The translations under genes and the position numbers were made by a program. Under the pieces are notes generated by a model, which searched no databases, was not told the DNA's origin, and worked only from the letters and a program-made list of their open reading frames with translations. Positions 24,890 to 38,498 of a DNA stretch of 39,681 bases are shown in pieces (the first letter of the stretch is position 1; each line of letters starts with the position of its first letter). The stretch is taken from contig KZ538929.1 in NCBI GenBank assembly GCA_000934665.2, positions 1 through 39,681 on the forward strand. Reading direction: 5' to 3'. Origin of the DNA: Catajapyx aquilonaris (taxonomy: Eukaryota).

Positions 24890-25245
24890 AGCGCAGCGCA
24901 AGCAGCGTGTCTCTCGTTGGTGGTGAGAGGCGGCGAACAGCAATCAGGCAGATCAGGCAAATCAGTCAGGCAGGCAAGGCAGAGCCAGGCAGTTAGGCAG
25001 GTGTAGCAGAGCCTTTATGTGCGTCTATCTCAATTGCCCCGGGCCTCTTGCAGGGCTGCGGCAGGCAACAATATCTGGTGCTGTGTGGTAGGACTAGAGG
25101 TCGGGTTGAGGGGGGGAAAGGGGAATGCACTATTCATTTTCCCACCTAAGTCATTATCCGTGCTTGATACGGGTTAATTTGCATAGGGAGGGAAGGTTTA
25201 CTGCGTGGCAGGTGCGCTTATTTGCTCAAATCAAGATGGCGGGCA
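24890..25245 (-). promoter_or_regulatory. Putative 5' UTR and promoter region of the GTPase gene
   Basis: GC-rich island immediately upstream of ATG 24886. It contains repeated AGGCA/TGCCT motifs, CATAAA near 25020 (minus strand), octamer ATTTGCAT (25177-25184), E-boxes CAGGTG (24998-25003, 25209-25214) and YY1/Pho-type CAAGATGGCGG (25232-25242). These are short motif matches only. Confidence 0.35.
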
Positions 25246-25278
25246 TGCAACTTTTTTTTTGTATGGCGGTTATGGGAC

Positions 25279-25334
25279 CGTCCCTGCCTACTACCCGTTA
25301 AGTGCACGTCCTTGCCTACTACCTGTTAAGTGCA
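25279..25334. repeat. Tandem duplication of a 28-bp unit
   Basis: CGTCCCTGCCTACTACCCGTTAAGTGCA is followed by CGTCCTTGCCTACTACCTGTTAAGTGCA (2 mismatches). Confidence 0.9.
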
Positions 25335-28300
25335 AAAAAAATTTAATTTGAACTGTACATTACCGTAAAGATGCTTCATGTGGGTCTCCTGCAAATACAA
25401 AGCAGGGAGTTAGTCTTCGTGTCAACATGATGCATAGAAAAACGACATTGGGACATTGAACATAGGGCACTTTCCACGTGTAGTACCATTCCAATTAATT
25501 GTTGAAACATTCCCCACACTTCAGGACTGGAGAGCAAACATCGTTAACGAGGCTGAAGCAAAGCAAATATTTCTCGGTGCACCAATTGGTGGTCGTTATC
25601 AGCATGTGCCTTGCAGGGTGGTGTTCATTTTCCCCCTCTACCACTTTTGCGTAGGTTTTGGGAGGGTGGGCTACAATCAAAGCGAAAATTTCGTGCAGAG
25701 AGAATTAAAGGGGGGTCACCAAAGAAAGGCGATGCGGGCTATGAGGTTGAAAGGAAATCAAACAAGTCAGTGTGTCAACTGAAAAGACATATTGATTTGA
25801 CCGAGCTCGCGACAGCGACCAAATGTTTGCTCGCGATCGTTCAGATCGACTTCAAGCATCCTCGACGAGGGCAATCAAATCTCTAAGAAGCATCTCTATT
25901 TTGACTATGGTACCTATCTTGATGCCATTTTTAGTGATGCAACTTAACTACCAAAATGTAGTAGCACCGCATGTAGCCTACAGTATCAAAGTGAACAAGC
26001 ATCTGAAGTTGCTCTGTATCCACTCTCATGCAAATAATCAGCACTACATCACTCATTACACTGCTCTTCCAAGAACATCACGGGACTTAATTAGATTGTA
26101 TGTAGTGAAATATAAGTTCCTTTAGCAATGATATTGATCGTGTCGGTAAGTTAGGACGTCAAACAGGAATATGCAAAGAGCAGAACAGAAACTGGGCCGC
26201 TTCCTACCACTTTGGGTGACTGGGTCAAGGCTGTGAGAGAGTGAATTTTGCTCAAGCCAAGTGTACGATTTGGCTTATTCATGTCTCACTTACTCGTTAG
26301 CCTGTTTTCGCCTGCTCCAAATCTGACTTTAAGATCAGTCACAAGCGTCAATTTTACGATGCGCCAAATGGGTATTCGCAATTGACAAAAAAAAACGATA
26401 TGCCTCAGGCATGTTATGCCCTATCGTAAAATCCATTCGCATTTGAGCCGGTGAAGCGCAAAATGCGACTAATTCGGCATTGTTTTGTTTCATTAATGCG
26501 ATTTATAATCACATATAGCCATGTCCAAGTCCATTCACAATTGTGTGAATCCCAAACTGGTCATAATATCCTTCTTCATCACGATATACAGTATAGGTGA
26601 CAGTGGTATAGTGTATAGGTCGGTGTTTGAAATAGTCATACAAATAGGGCCGCAAACACATTCACTTTACAACCGGAAATCACAATTTCCGGCCATTTGC
26701 AGTATAACCCTAAGTGGCCGAAGTTTGTTTTTTAATAAAACGTCTTATATGCATACTGTTTTTTGCTTTACTGTGACACTCTCATTTACCTGGTAAAACT
26801 TCAGAAAAATACCCCCAGGCTAAAAGGGACAGGTCCAAGACGCAATCTAATTTGACTTTACGAGGGAAGCAGCCTTACGATTATCCCAAGCTATATAGTT
26901 ATACACCCAGGGTCAGGGCTGCTTCTGTATGTAGGCCAGTTCTCTGCCTGTGCATTACAGCAGAAATATTCCCCCCAATTAGCATATATGCTAATTACGT
27001 TAGTACAGAGAACCCCAGCACCTTGACGCTGAATACGTCCTATATACGTATCACAAGCCAAGTCTGGTTTGATGGTGGAGCATCTTTTCTTAGTATTGAA
27101 TTTCTGCTACAAAATATTAATCCACTATTCATCTTGATACCCACACTTTCCACCTGACGCCTCTGGCAGGTTAAAGCATATAGGCTACCAGAGTAAAGAA
27201 GCCTCGAAGCGCTATTTCGTTTCATGTTACGCAGTCTCCCGTTACGTCCTACATGGATGTAAAATCCTGTCTAGACCTGCCGGGACCGCAAATAGCGCCA
27301 AGCTGGCTGCAGTGGAATATTATTTTGCTTGTGATACTGACAGGTTTTTATTCCATCATCTTAGGCATTAGTGCTTCTTATAAAATAATTATTCGTATAA
27401 AGTAGTCCTGTCAGAAATCCAAATTTGAGCTGATTTTATAATGGAACATTCTATAAACTACCCGCGCCGAAGATTTTCAGACCATTGTGCATTTGCTGAT
27501 TAGTTTTGGTGTGGAAAAAGCATGCTCGGGTATTAGCAAAGTTAATGCTGTGTAATAATATTCATGCGCAATATCTTAATAAAACATTACTGCAACGGAT
27601 TAGACTCATTTAAAAAGCAGATAGCGAGTAAAAATCAGGTGACATAACTTTATTTGCGACTCTCATTAGTGAAAAAGTGAGAGCACTTGCGGATGGAGGT
27701 ATCATTAAGGCTGATTTAATTTGATTTCAAATGATTCTGATGAGTATGCAAGATGTGAGTGGCAGAGAAAATATTTTTAAAATATTCATTTGGAAACGAA
27801 CTTCCTTTTCTCCTAAGGTACGGTACAGTGAATATATAAAGTGAATGAAAAATAAGGTGCAATTGTTGCAATTAAAAATTGCATCCAGTAACACCTTGTA
27901 CACGACATGTCCAATAATATTTCATAGCAGAGAGAAAGAAATTAAGCATCTCCAAAGACATCCTGTAGAATCTTTTAACAATTTCTTCCACCACCATAAT
28001 CAAGAAAGTGGACCAAGCGGAACTAATTTAATTTGTGGCAACTTTTGGGTGACAGTGATTAACGTAAATTAACCCAAGATTGGAAAAGTAACTTCTCCTA
28101 ACTATCACACATAATGCAGACATGTCATAATTTTAATTTAATCCTACACGAGTTGGAAAGGTTCCTTCCTACTAGTCCCAGCTCTTGTATAGTCCCGTAA
28201 TGTAGACTTTCACAATTTTGCCAATAAAAGATGACGAAAATGTTCGATTTTGCGAAGCAGCGTTGCCAAAACTTTTGAATATGCCTGTAGAGCTTGGAGC

Positions 28301-28378
28301 AGTGTTTCTTGCTTAGGGCTCTTGTAGGATTAATGTACAACCCACCCACCCATGGTATACCAGATTTGTAAGAACTTA

Positions 28379-28731
28379 CAAGGGAACGACTAAGGTCGGT
28401 CGCCTCCGATTTCGTTGAAACTCGCTTGAGGGGTCACTCATGTGCGATAAACACAGTGGTGAAAGTCCTAGATGACACTGTCCATCCGTTTTCGAGATAT
28501 CAGCCACAGAAACATCCAAATTTTGACCGGGTATAGGGGTCTTGCCGGGCCTTGCACTTGTCCCTTCTCGCCCGACACGCGTGGCCAAATTCGTTTTTTT
28601 TTGTCACTCATATCTCGGAAACTGTTGGACAGTGGCATCTAGGACTTTTACCACTGTGTCTATCGCACATGAGTGACCCCTCAAGCGAGTTTCAACCAAA
28701 TCGGAGGCGACCAACCTTGGTCGTTCCCTTG
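28379..28731. mobile_element. 353-bp MITE with ~122-bp inverted arms, flanked by TTA
   Basis: CAAGGGAACGACTAAGGTCGG...GAGATAT (28379-28500) is inverted at 28610-28731. TTA lies at 28376-28378 and 28732-28734. Confidence 0.9.
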
Positions 28732-31700
28732 TTAGTGTCTTCCCCATACAAAATTCAATTCGTTAAATCGAACACATCATATCATCCAAAAGTTCTGAGC
28801 GGACTTTTGAGACACCCTGCAGAATTGTCTAAAATCAATATGACCGTCTACTCTATGGCCCTCAGCCTTTTGAACAGATAAAAACAATGCAAATAGAATT
28901 CAAGGCGTCACCAGTTGGCTAATGCAAATGAGTCCCGCCCACATTATAATCCCATGAGCTTGTATATTTGAAAAAAGCCAGGCATCCGCAAAAATTCAAG
29001 TGACCACAAACTGCATCAGCCAGTTTTGACGCACCATTAATGTCAGCATTATAGCGATCTCCGTTATGCAAGGGTAGGGATATATTTTTGACATGAGGGA
29101 TACCGTGCAAGTTGGATGTGTGGAATAATATGCAAACATCATTCGATTTTTCACCTGTCAAACAGGATGAACCAAGAAGAGCCTAGCAGAATCCAAAATG
29201 AAACCACTAAAAAATATTAGAGCTTTAAAAAAATGAAAGAGCGACAAATTCATGAGTGTCCCAGATTGTGTCAGAGTAATGTCGTTACCTGGACAATTTG
29301 CCAGAAGGTCAGTCCCGATTAAGCTGATTGACCTATTGGACTATAGACTCGCACTCAGACTATTCTTTTTTGCAATCTTTAAGAGGACTGCTCTTTGGTT
29401 TATTAGGACAACATCAAGTATCAAAGTACCCTCCAGACCAACGTTATGTTCCTGGATTTTATCGGAGTGCGGTGGAACTACAGGTCTTGCCGTATAGCCC
29501 GCTCGTAAGTTATAACGACTCCTACTTGGGGTAATTTCAGTCAACAGCCAGTTGTCAAGCATGCTCCAGCAAATCAATAGTTTTTCGTGCTGTACTATGA
29601 ATTAGAGTGAGCCGAAAATATTTTTGTGTAGGCCTTTTGACTCGTTTGGGATCGGAATGTTGTAGTATTTGGTATTAACGTACTTAATTGTGTGTACTTT
29701 GCCGCTTAAATAGGTAAGCGGGATTGTTTTTGATCCACATTTTTGCTCTATTTTACTAAAATGCGGGGATAATTATATTAGCAATGAATATGCCGAAAGT
29801 TATGTTTGTTGAATGTTGTTGAATGCCGTATTCAAGTGCAGTAAATTAACATGCCATGCTTTCAAGTGCGGACAACTACGCGCTTTATTGATAACATACC
29901 TTGTAGGCGCTTTACACTGACTATCGTGAATAATGATCAGTAAGCTGCATCAATCTGCTCTATGCTTAATAATTATAGCGAATTCAGCTACAGTTTATTC
30001 CACATCACTATTCGGCGCGTCGTTCATGCTATTTAATGGCATTCGCAATTTGCATTAATATGCTGTGGGTAATTAATTATGTTATAAATTCTGCATGCAT
30101 CAGAAAATCAAGGGAGTGGAATGAATATGGGTGAACTGGATATAGGTATAGGCCTACTGTAAAGTGTGTATTATTTGTCAGCAGGTATCAGTATACCTAG
30201 TTCCCTTTTTGCTACCTGGTTTTATATTGCAAGGTGTGTCGAAATTTATTAAAATTTAGCCTAGATTTCTATCATGTAAGGAGTGGATCCTTATTGGACT
30301 CAATGATGTGGCACTGTGCAATATCAAAAAGGTATTTGCCATGGAGAATATATTGACATTTGCATTTTACCACATATTTCAAGCAATATCAATGATTCAT
30401 AACAATAAATGCAATTGTATAGGTTGTCACTCTGATTCCGGCGAAGTAGAGTTCAGTAACATTTGAAAACTCAACAGGGGAATATTCAGATAAGCATATC
30501 AAGATTTTAACAATAATTTATTGATAACTGCAGATTGAATGAGTTATGAGAAAGAATATTTCCGCAGTACTGTAGTACAAAAGGGCAATGTTCATTTTGA
30601 TACGAACAAAGAGACAGAATAGCAGTGTTATGGGAATTTATTTCAATGCGGATAATCTATGTGTACTGTACAGTACCTAGGTCCTAGGGCCCCTGTGTTA
30701 AGGAATTATTTTGCTTTTACCGAAGGTAACAAGGCAATGAAGTATCACGTTATTTATTGTATTGGTTTGTCTTGATTTATTGCGGGTGCCAAGGCAACTA
30801 ACGCCATGGTGAAATGAAATACGAGGAGAGAGAAGGAGTTTTTATTATTAGACTGTATCTGGCTAATGTTAGTATAGTGATGACCAGTGCCATGGAAAGA
30901 GCATGGTGTATAACTCAGTGTTGGTTGACTACAGTGAGAATTAAATAAAACTGTACATCCTAACACCCAAACCCAAACCCACATCAGCATATTACACATA
31001 TTTAAACAATCCTACAAACTTCGAGCCAAAATCTGAACCTGTATTGTATAACTGTCATACACGTAAATTGCATAAAACCGCGAAGCAAAAAAACCAAACA
31101 AACCATAACGACAATAAATTTAGAGCTGCATAATGTTTTTGGAATAACGCTTCGATACCGCTGAGTGCACTGAACATCGAATTAAAATTTGCATATTTAT
31201 TCGGCTTGCTATCTAATGAGCAAGCAATTTTCAAAAACAATTCACACCGCGTTTTTCTTACGACTTTTCATATACTATATACCAGGGTTTGTTATTTTGA
31301 TGTGAAAGTATTCACTAATTAACTCGGAACCTTTTCAATTTGGTTTGATATCGGCATTTAGGAGAAATTAAGTGCAAAAGAAATTAAGTTAGGAGAACTA
31401 ACAAGAACACACTTGAACTTGTGTGTGGGTGAAGTGGCGAGAAAGACACTGAGTAACTTTCGCCCTTCCTCTAGTAGATGTCTAGAATGCTCCTAGGTTA
31501 GAACAAGTCAAGGTTTCCTTTGTTTTGTGAAGAGTTGGGTTTTCTCCGGCATGACACTAAGAAGGACCTTCGGACATTCCCAGGGGATGGCACAAAAAAA
31601 CTGAACAGAATGGCAACACGGCAACTCCAGCAGGAAACTTTACCAGTTTCATGCATTTCCTTCCGAGAGCACAGTGAAATTATGACCAATGAAACAATTG

Positions 31701-32198
31701 TTATATAAATAGGCAATGAGACATATGTACGAACGAAACAGCGCCACCTTGATAGAAATTCCTACAAAATGATCGCCATTTTCCTGACTATAGATTGTGC
31801 CGAATTAGTGCTTGTAGGCCTACCACCGATGGTATCTGATTTTTTCTTCTTCTTCTTCTTCTCTCTCTCGGTTTCCGTGCTAGTATAATTATCGAACCTG
31901 ATTAATTATGCGGAACTATGGGATCCCAGCGGCAGTCACCCGACTCCATCTTTCAACTAGCGGTATACGGCTTTCAAATCCTAATTCTTAGGGTGCGAAA
32001 GCACAAAACTGATTAGGACTCAGACGCCCGATTGTTTGACTGGAATAGGGGAGACCCAAGATTGAATGATCAGTCCTTCTATTGATTGCAACCCTTCCTA
32101 GGCACATATAAATGCTTTTCTTTGCGTCTTTAAAGATTTGCACGTGTATGATCATACTAATATTACGTATTTCACAAATTAATAATCGACTCACTGGC

Positions 32199-32279
<81 letters not shown>
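32199..32279. repeat. (ATA)27 microsatellite
   Basis: Perfect trinucleotide run. Confidence 0.97.
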
Positions 32280-32280
<1 letters not shown>

Positions 32281-33765
32281 ATATAGTTGTGAGAATTTGG
32301 CTTATTTGACTACCAGTATTCAAATTTTGATTTCATTTTAATGAAATTCGACAGGTCCTTCGCAGCCAGCCACCTGTTACGGAGAATGCTTATTGATTTC
32401 TATTTGTGGGATTACGACAAAGACAATGTATATGCACCACTGTGCTACAAATCTTAAAGGTTATTTTTCAAGTGAGTTTGGTGGATAGTAAAAGTGTGAG
32501 TGCAGCAGGCACACTCGCACAGGTGGGATGGTCTCAATTGCCACAAAACCACGTAGCTCTCTCGGGTGTCCCTGCACTCACGCTTTTATCCCTGCTAATT
32601 TTAAGAGAACCTTTTTAGAAACTAAATGAGACAGAATACGCTATGCATTAACGATTAATGAATTAGGATCTAATCAGGCTATAGTAGGGGGAATAACCCT
32701 GCCTTTAGTCAGATGCGTGCCACATCTCTCGTATGAACAATGTTGACAGTTCTTTAACTACAATTAAAACTTAAATATTGTGCAATACTTAAGTAGCAAT
32801 TTATTTTCACACATGTTAAATGGATGAACGGTATAACATTTTTGACACCTTTTTTAAAAAACTTGGTAATTGTCTATTAGTCTGTGTTCTATTGAGTGGT
32901 ACTGCAATAACTCACGGCTGCAACAATTGCTGTGATGTAGAGATATTTTTTTGTTTCGACTATAAGTTACAAGACAGTAGAGAATAGATAATACACTCTT
33001 ATACCCACCTCTCGTTGTAGCACAGCACAGCTAAAGCACTCTTAAAATTCAATGGTCAATTCCCTCAAATGATATTAGAGCAGTTGGTTAGTACTATAGG
33101 AGGAAACCTGTGGATTTTGTCTGAAGTAATCATTTGGGCCGAACCTGTTGCGGAGAGTTTCGTAAATGCTCAACAGGATGGGAAACACCACAGGCGGCAC
33201 ACTGCACTACTTAAAATTTAGGTGCACGTTTAAAAGGACCGACTGTATTTAATTTGACGTAAATAATATATTTATGATTTCTATACGTTTGAGTTCGTCG
33301 CTACAATAATAACCATATCAGTTATCGAATCAAAATGAAGATATCAAAATGAAAGTACAATAATTCGCTCTTTAATTGCTACTTAATTTGCAAAATATAA
33401 CTCTTTCCAGCAGAGTTATAGTCGGCAATATTTCGTACTTCAGTCGTTCGTCAACATCGTGCTACGTGTTACGTTCCGCTAAAATGAACATTAACAAGTG
33501 ACAATTTGTACGGCAATCAAAATCAAGGTTCGCTGATCCATCGCGTAACGCCCACTTAGTATATTCCCTTTAATACACGTGGTTTTACACCCGCAAATAA
33601 TATCCGACCACAACTTTTTAAACAAAATTTGAAATACCAAAAAAAAATCGGCCTAATTGGACCTATAACCCACACCGAATTCTAAAACCCCCCGCATAAA
33701 CTCCCCACAAATTGTCTGGTCAATTCAAGCAACAGGTGACCTGACCTTACAGACTACGGACTCAC

Positions 33766-33944
33766 CTTCGGAGAGAAGCTCGATGACTGCCAGACACTGG
33801 CCTACTGGCGCTTGGAGCCTCTCCAAAGGGTTGAAAACGAGTGTTGGGGAGGAGGCTGAGGTGGGTGGAATGGATGGATGGGTTTGTCCTGGATATACGG
33901 GCGAAATGGAAAGGACGATGGTGATTGGTCCCTGTTGTGTCCAT
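33766..33944 (-). CDS. Candidate alternative, distal first coding exon of the GTPase (MDTTGTNHHRPFHF...HRASLR + AG); would give 371 aa
   Basis: ATG in gcggacATGg context, an open GC-rich frame, and donor GAAG|GTGAGT in phase 2, compatible with the 16319 acceptor. No homology is recognisable and the link to the GTPase is inference only. Confidence 0.3.
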
Positions 33945-34556
33945 GTCCGCGCCGATGCTGCTCTTGCACTTGAGGTCGTAGTTGGGGGGTTGAGGGAATG
34001 GACAGAACGGGAGTGGGTGGGCTATGGGACATTGACACAATATTAACCAACAATTTAGGTATGCATGCTCCAGGTTTGTGCGTCTCGTCACAAAAGCTCG
34101 CAGGTGTTGCTTACCTGCGCACTTGTCGATATTGCAGCCCGTTAGCACCAACCCTACACCATGCCTCCTGATAACACCTCACTGTATAATTATGTTTATT
34201 AGTGGAAAATGTGACTCCATGTGATTTGAATTGAGGCAGTTCCACGTGCTTTGGTCGTTGCATATAGTCTTCATAGCTGCTCATCTAACAGGGTTGGGGT
34301 AATAAAAATGCGAATTAGTGTTAATGTGGTTTTTCCCCCTTGCTTGGAAGCATAACAAATAGCACGCTTCCGCATGCCAGGATGGGTGCTTTCACTGTTG
34401 TATATTATGAGCTTGAAGCAGATGTTTCACTGTGTTTGGGCCATCAGCGATTTTACTACAGTAACTGGACTAGTTCTCTAACTTATTGTGTGGGTGCTCA
34501 CAGAAGAAGCTTATTAGTTAATTAAGTACATGCTGTTGAGATGAGGGTTCTAAGTC

Positions 34557-34830
34557 CTCCACCGGTCAACGTAGTCCCTCAGGAAGAAGTACTTGGAGTT
34601 GGGATCCTATCTCGAAGCTTATCGGCAGGTCTTTGAACTGTCCGTGGATGTCCCTGCAGTTCTTCAAGGGTTCCTTCACCCCCAGGAGCGTGGACTGTCT
34701 GAAGAAGATCTCCAATGCCCTTATCACCGCTCGCTCATTTCATGTCGTCTGTACTTGTATAAGAACTTGACCTGGTATCAGGTGAGTGTCTCCAGCAACC
34801 GTGGATCAGGCTGTCGAATTCCGTGTCGCT
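34557..34830 (-). pseudogene. Decayed PP1-type (PPP family) Ser/Thr phosphatase catalytic subunit fragment, N-terminal part
   Basis: Across frameshifts the minus strand gives SDTEFDSLI/RLLET..., ALEIFFRQSTLLGVKEPLKNCRDIHGQFKDLPISFEIG and PNSKYFFLRDYVDRW. This aligns by eye with PP1 DSII.RLLEV...[37 protein letters not shown]...SNYLFLGDYVDRG. The invariant motif glycines are mutated, and stops and frameshifts are present. Confidence 0.88.
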
Positions 34831-35075
34831 TCTGAAACTCCTCGGCTCCTCAGTCTACCACTGAAAAATTATGATCGCTAGGGATTTAACCTTTCTGATT
34901 GCCAGAGCCTAAATGTATGCAGACGTCTATTCAGGCGTTCCCATGTTACTCATAGCCTGCCTGTTTGCATATGACCCCCTCTAGAGACAATCTTTCATAT
35001 TGGTAGTGCGAGGTGTCGAGGAGAACCGCGAGATTCCGGGTCGGAAAATGCTCATAACTCGGAAAGAAAGATTAA

Positions 35076-35202
35076 TGCCCGATTGCACCAACGAAATTAC
35101 CGATTCGATATTTCCTAACAAATCGTTAGGACATCCTTTTAACGTGTGCTAACGATCTGTTAGGAGCTATCGAATCGGTAATTTCGTTGGTGCAATCAGA
35201 CA
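35076..35202. mobile_element. 127-bp hairpin MITE with TAA TSD (PIF/Harbinger-like)
   Basis: GATTGCACCAACGAAATTACCGATTCGATA is perfectly inverted at the right end. TAA lies at 35073-35075 and 35203-35205. Confidence 0.85.
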
Positions 35203-36414
35203 TAATAATAATGAATTCAAAACTTCAACAATCTCTTCTCGGTGACGCCGTAACACATGGAAATAGATGGGCTATTAATATCATATCCACTTTACGCCTG
35301 TAAATTTGTGTCACTCCTGAAAAGACCGCATAATGTAATGCCATCAATTTATCAATGAATTATCACTAAAAGGATTCTGGATCAAAGATAACCGTGAGTT
35401 ACATACAAGTTGGCCTTCATTAAAGAGCTGTGGACTATTAAATTTAGATTTAAGGATTTAAATGAGCAAAAAAATCGCCCAAAATGTTCTAAAGTGTCAA
35501 AATTATTAGATATTGGATGATAGTGATGTAATATATGTAATAATCAGCGGCACATAGTGTCGGGCACGTCAAGAGAATAGGCTATGTTGGCAATTGACAT
35601 TCTCGCATGAGCATTGGAGGCGCTATAGAGCCCTCACTTCTGAACGTCTCGTTAGGTCTTCTCTCATCACATTAAGATCTAGTTCTCTTCACCTCTTTCG
35701 AAAAGTCTTGCAATTATGTTCGGTAATCACCGCTATAAGTTTCCACCCTCTCAGAGAAGACTTGACATAAACTTAGATCTTGCACCTGCCCCAGTGCTCG
35801 CATTAATGGCTTTATATAAGTAAGAGGTACAGTATAAGCTTATGTATTCAGTAAATCCATGTTATACATTCTACTCTATATTACACGCAGGTATCCAGCT
35901 TAAAGCGCTCGCCCTACAGTTTACTCAAAAATGAATAAAATTTTGGCGGTGTCCAAAACAATAAACTCATAAGTTCGCCTTAGAGCTATTGCGTCGCTAT
36001 CTAAATTATATTTTTTCCCAATGTCGAATCTGGTACCGAGAATTATTTTACAAGATAACTCGCGTGATTCCTTAAATAGTTTCAATATGAGAGAAAGTTT
36101 AGCCTACTATAAGTCATAGTTGCGCATGCAATAGCTTATTATTGTTGTCACAATATTAGAGAGGAGGCTTTTGCATGAAATAATTTTTCCGACAACAGCA
36201 GCTTACTCTCCATGTCCATCGAGACACTCTTGTGAATATACGAGATTAAGTTAAATGAATTTAATATTCAGTGTCTGTCGTCTGAGATGGGCAGGGGTGG
36301 GGTGTGGGACGGGTTGTTGATATAGTTTTATTTTCACAAGTTTTAATTTAGTTCATATGTTGGGTTAACTTGCATCTCCCTTCATCGCTGACTACCCCTC
36401 ATAGGGAAATGTCG

Positions 36415-36415
<1 letters not shown>

Positions 36416-36462
<47 letters not shown>
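36416..36462. repeat. (GTT)15 microsatellite
   Basis: Perfect trinucleotide run, possibly a retroposon tail. Confidence 0.95.
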
Positions 36463-38498
36463 ATCTGCATTTAACATAAATATCATAAAAGAACTTTCTA
36501 ATGTTTCTTACGTCTCATAAGAAGTAATCAGTTAATCACATCTCTCTGGTTCAGTTCAGAGAGTAAGGGATAATTTGCAAAAATAAAACGGCTGTTATGC
36601 ACTGCAGTAAAACCCATTACAAATTATGATTTCAGTGTAATCTGCTTCATTGCCGATTTTTTTGAATGTTGTCATAAGTTCAAATATGGGGACTGAAGAT
36701 GATTCCTTGATTTTCATTCGAGTTTTACCTGTTCCACATCAGACTGTGCATGTTTGACCTCTCTAGAATCTTCCGAGTTAAAAAAATCCTGATTACATTA
36801 ATTCATGAGGCAATCTTCCATACCTCTTAAATCCAGCTCTGATGCTGCCTCAACAAATATGAGTCCCCAATATCCTTAAGATTCACGGTCGGCTTTGGTC
36901 CTATTCAACTCGTGCCGTTTTCTTTCGCAAGGTCAATTCTTAAGGTCAGACTCCAATATTGTCAAATCCTGAGCAGATTATTTGCGCCAGCAATATTATT
37001 AAACTCCCCATTGATGTAATGTCAAAGTTTTTAAGTTTTCACATACCAGGTATTATGAAAATACAGATCTACAGTATAATGGTATTTAAAAAATATATAC
37101 CCCGTGATAGGGAAGAGCCCTTTTATAGGGAGGAAGGGGAGGTTCCCAAGGGAGGGCTCTGTAATTATAGTCATTTCTGACTTTCTGAAATACACCAGAC
37201 CTTTTCTCCTGGCCCTGGGCAGAGTAGGGAGTGCAATTCTGCCCCGGCATTTCGGGTGAAAAGCGGAAAAATAATGGGAATTTTAGGAGGGTTATTGACA
37301 GTAATAATTGTAATCATCCTATCCCGATTTGAAAAATTTAAAGACTTTGCCCCTGAGAACGGTTGTGATTTTTTAGGATTGCACTGAGCAACTTAGCGTA
37401 TGATCATGATATTTGATAAATGGCAAATAAATTATTAATTAATGTCCAATTACACCGACTGGGGGTGACACTCATTAGCAATCGGTCAATTACACAATGA
37501 GTAAGCTTATACGTATTATTACTACGACCCGTAATGATCACATTACTTATTCCATTACTTTTCCTTCTCTTCTAATCCTTTCGGCATGAGAGATTGCACG
37601 CACAAAATAACAACCTCAATTAAAATGATTAAACGCTACAGTTATATGTGCACAGTAGATAAAATATTAAGTGGGCAGCCCTGATGATGACAATATTTCT
37701 AGAATTTGCGGGAATCGCCCGACATGTCATCCACACTTATGAGTTATGAGGCTGACAACAATGCCCGAGTCTTGTCAGAGGCATGATGTCCAGCATATCC
37801 TCGTGTAATATCTGCCCATTAATGCCTATCTTGTCCTCCACTCTCAGTCACTTAACACCCACTGGAGCACTTTCCCCTTCAGCCTGTTGCATTATTGATC
37901 AGCATGGACGCTTGCTTGTTACTACATCTCCCGCAGAGAGGCGCAAAGGTCAGAGGTCGACTCATAGCATTGTTGCCATTTTCATGGGTTGTGAGTGGGC
38001 AAAAGTGTGGGTGGTGAGACTTCCCGCCGGTTTTCTAATGGACACTTTCTAGAGGGGTTGTTGACCAGCAGGCGGCTCTGATGGATTCATCAGGACTTGC
38101 TGGGGGGACGTCGCGTCGATGCAGTACCCTCGACGCCCATTGTTTATTTCCTCACATTGTCGTCTTGTGTAAGCCATTAACACCTGCCTACTGCCTGTCA
38201 CTCTGGCTATATACTGTGTGCAAGAGATTGTTCCGGGTTTCAAAATAGGAGTTGTCAGCTGTTAGGAGACACAGGTTACATGGTACAAGTTGAAGCCTTG
38301 TAGTCGCTCTCAAGTTGTGTTCTTAGCACTGATTAACGGGCATTTCAATTATTGTGAAACTGGTTGAATGAATTGTTGGGATTGGCTAGTAGCAATATTT
38401 AGCATAATAATACGTGGTAGTACTTAAGACGGGAAAAGTTGTTAAAATAATCGTGTTCAGACGCAACTAACCGCAGATATACCGCACTGGTAATAGTA

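Noticed and set aside
28376..28881. Two ORFs sharing the peptide LCLSHMSDPSSEFQ.NRRRPTLVVPL on opposite strands
   Set aside because: This is a consequence of the MITE's inverted arms, not a duplicated gene.
34440..34475. SSYCSKIADG on the minus strand as a remnant of the PP1 SAPNYC motif
   Set aside because: The similarity is too weak to extend the pseudogene.
37740..38243. GC-richer stretch that might be a retroelement coding remnant
   Set aside because: No diagnostic RT, protease or integrase motif could be read. BLASTX would be needed.
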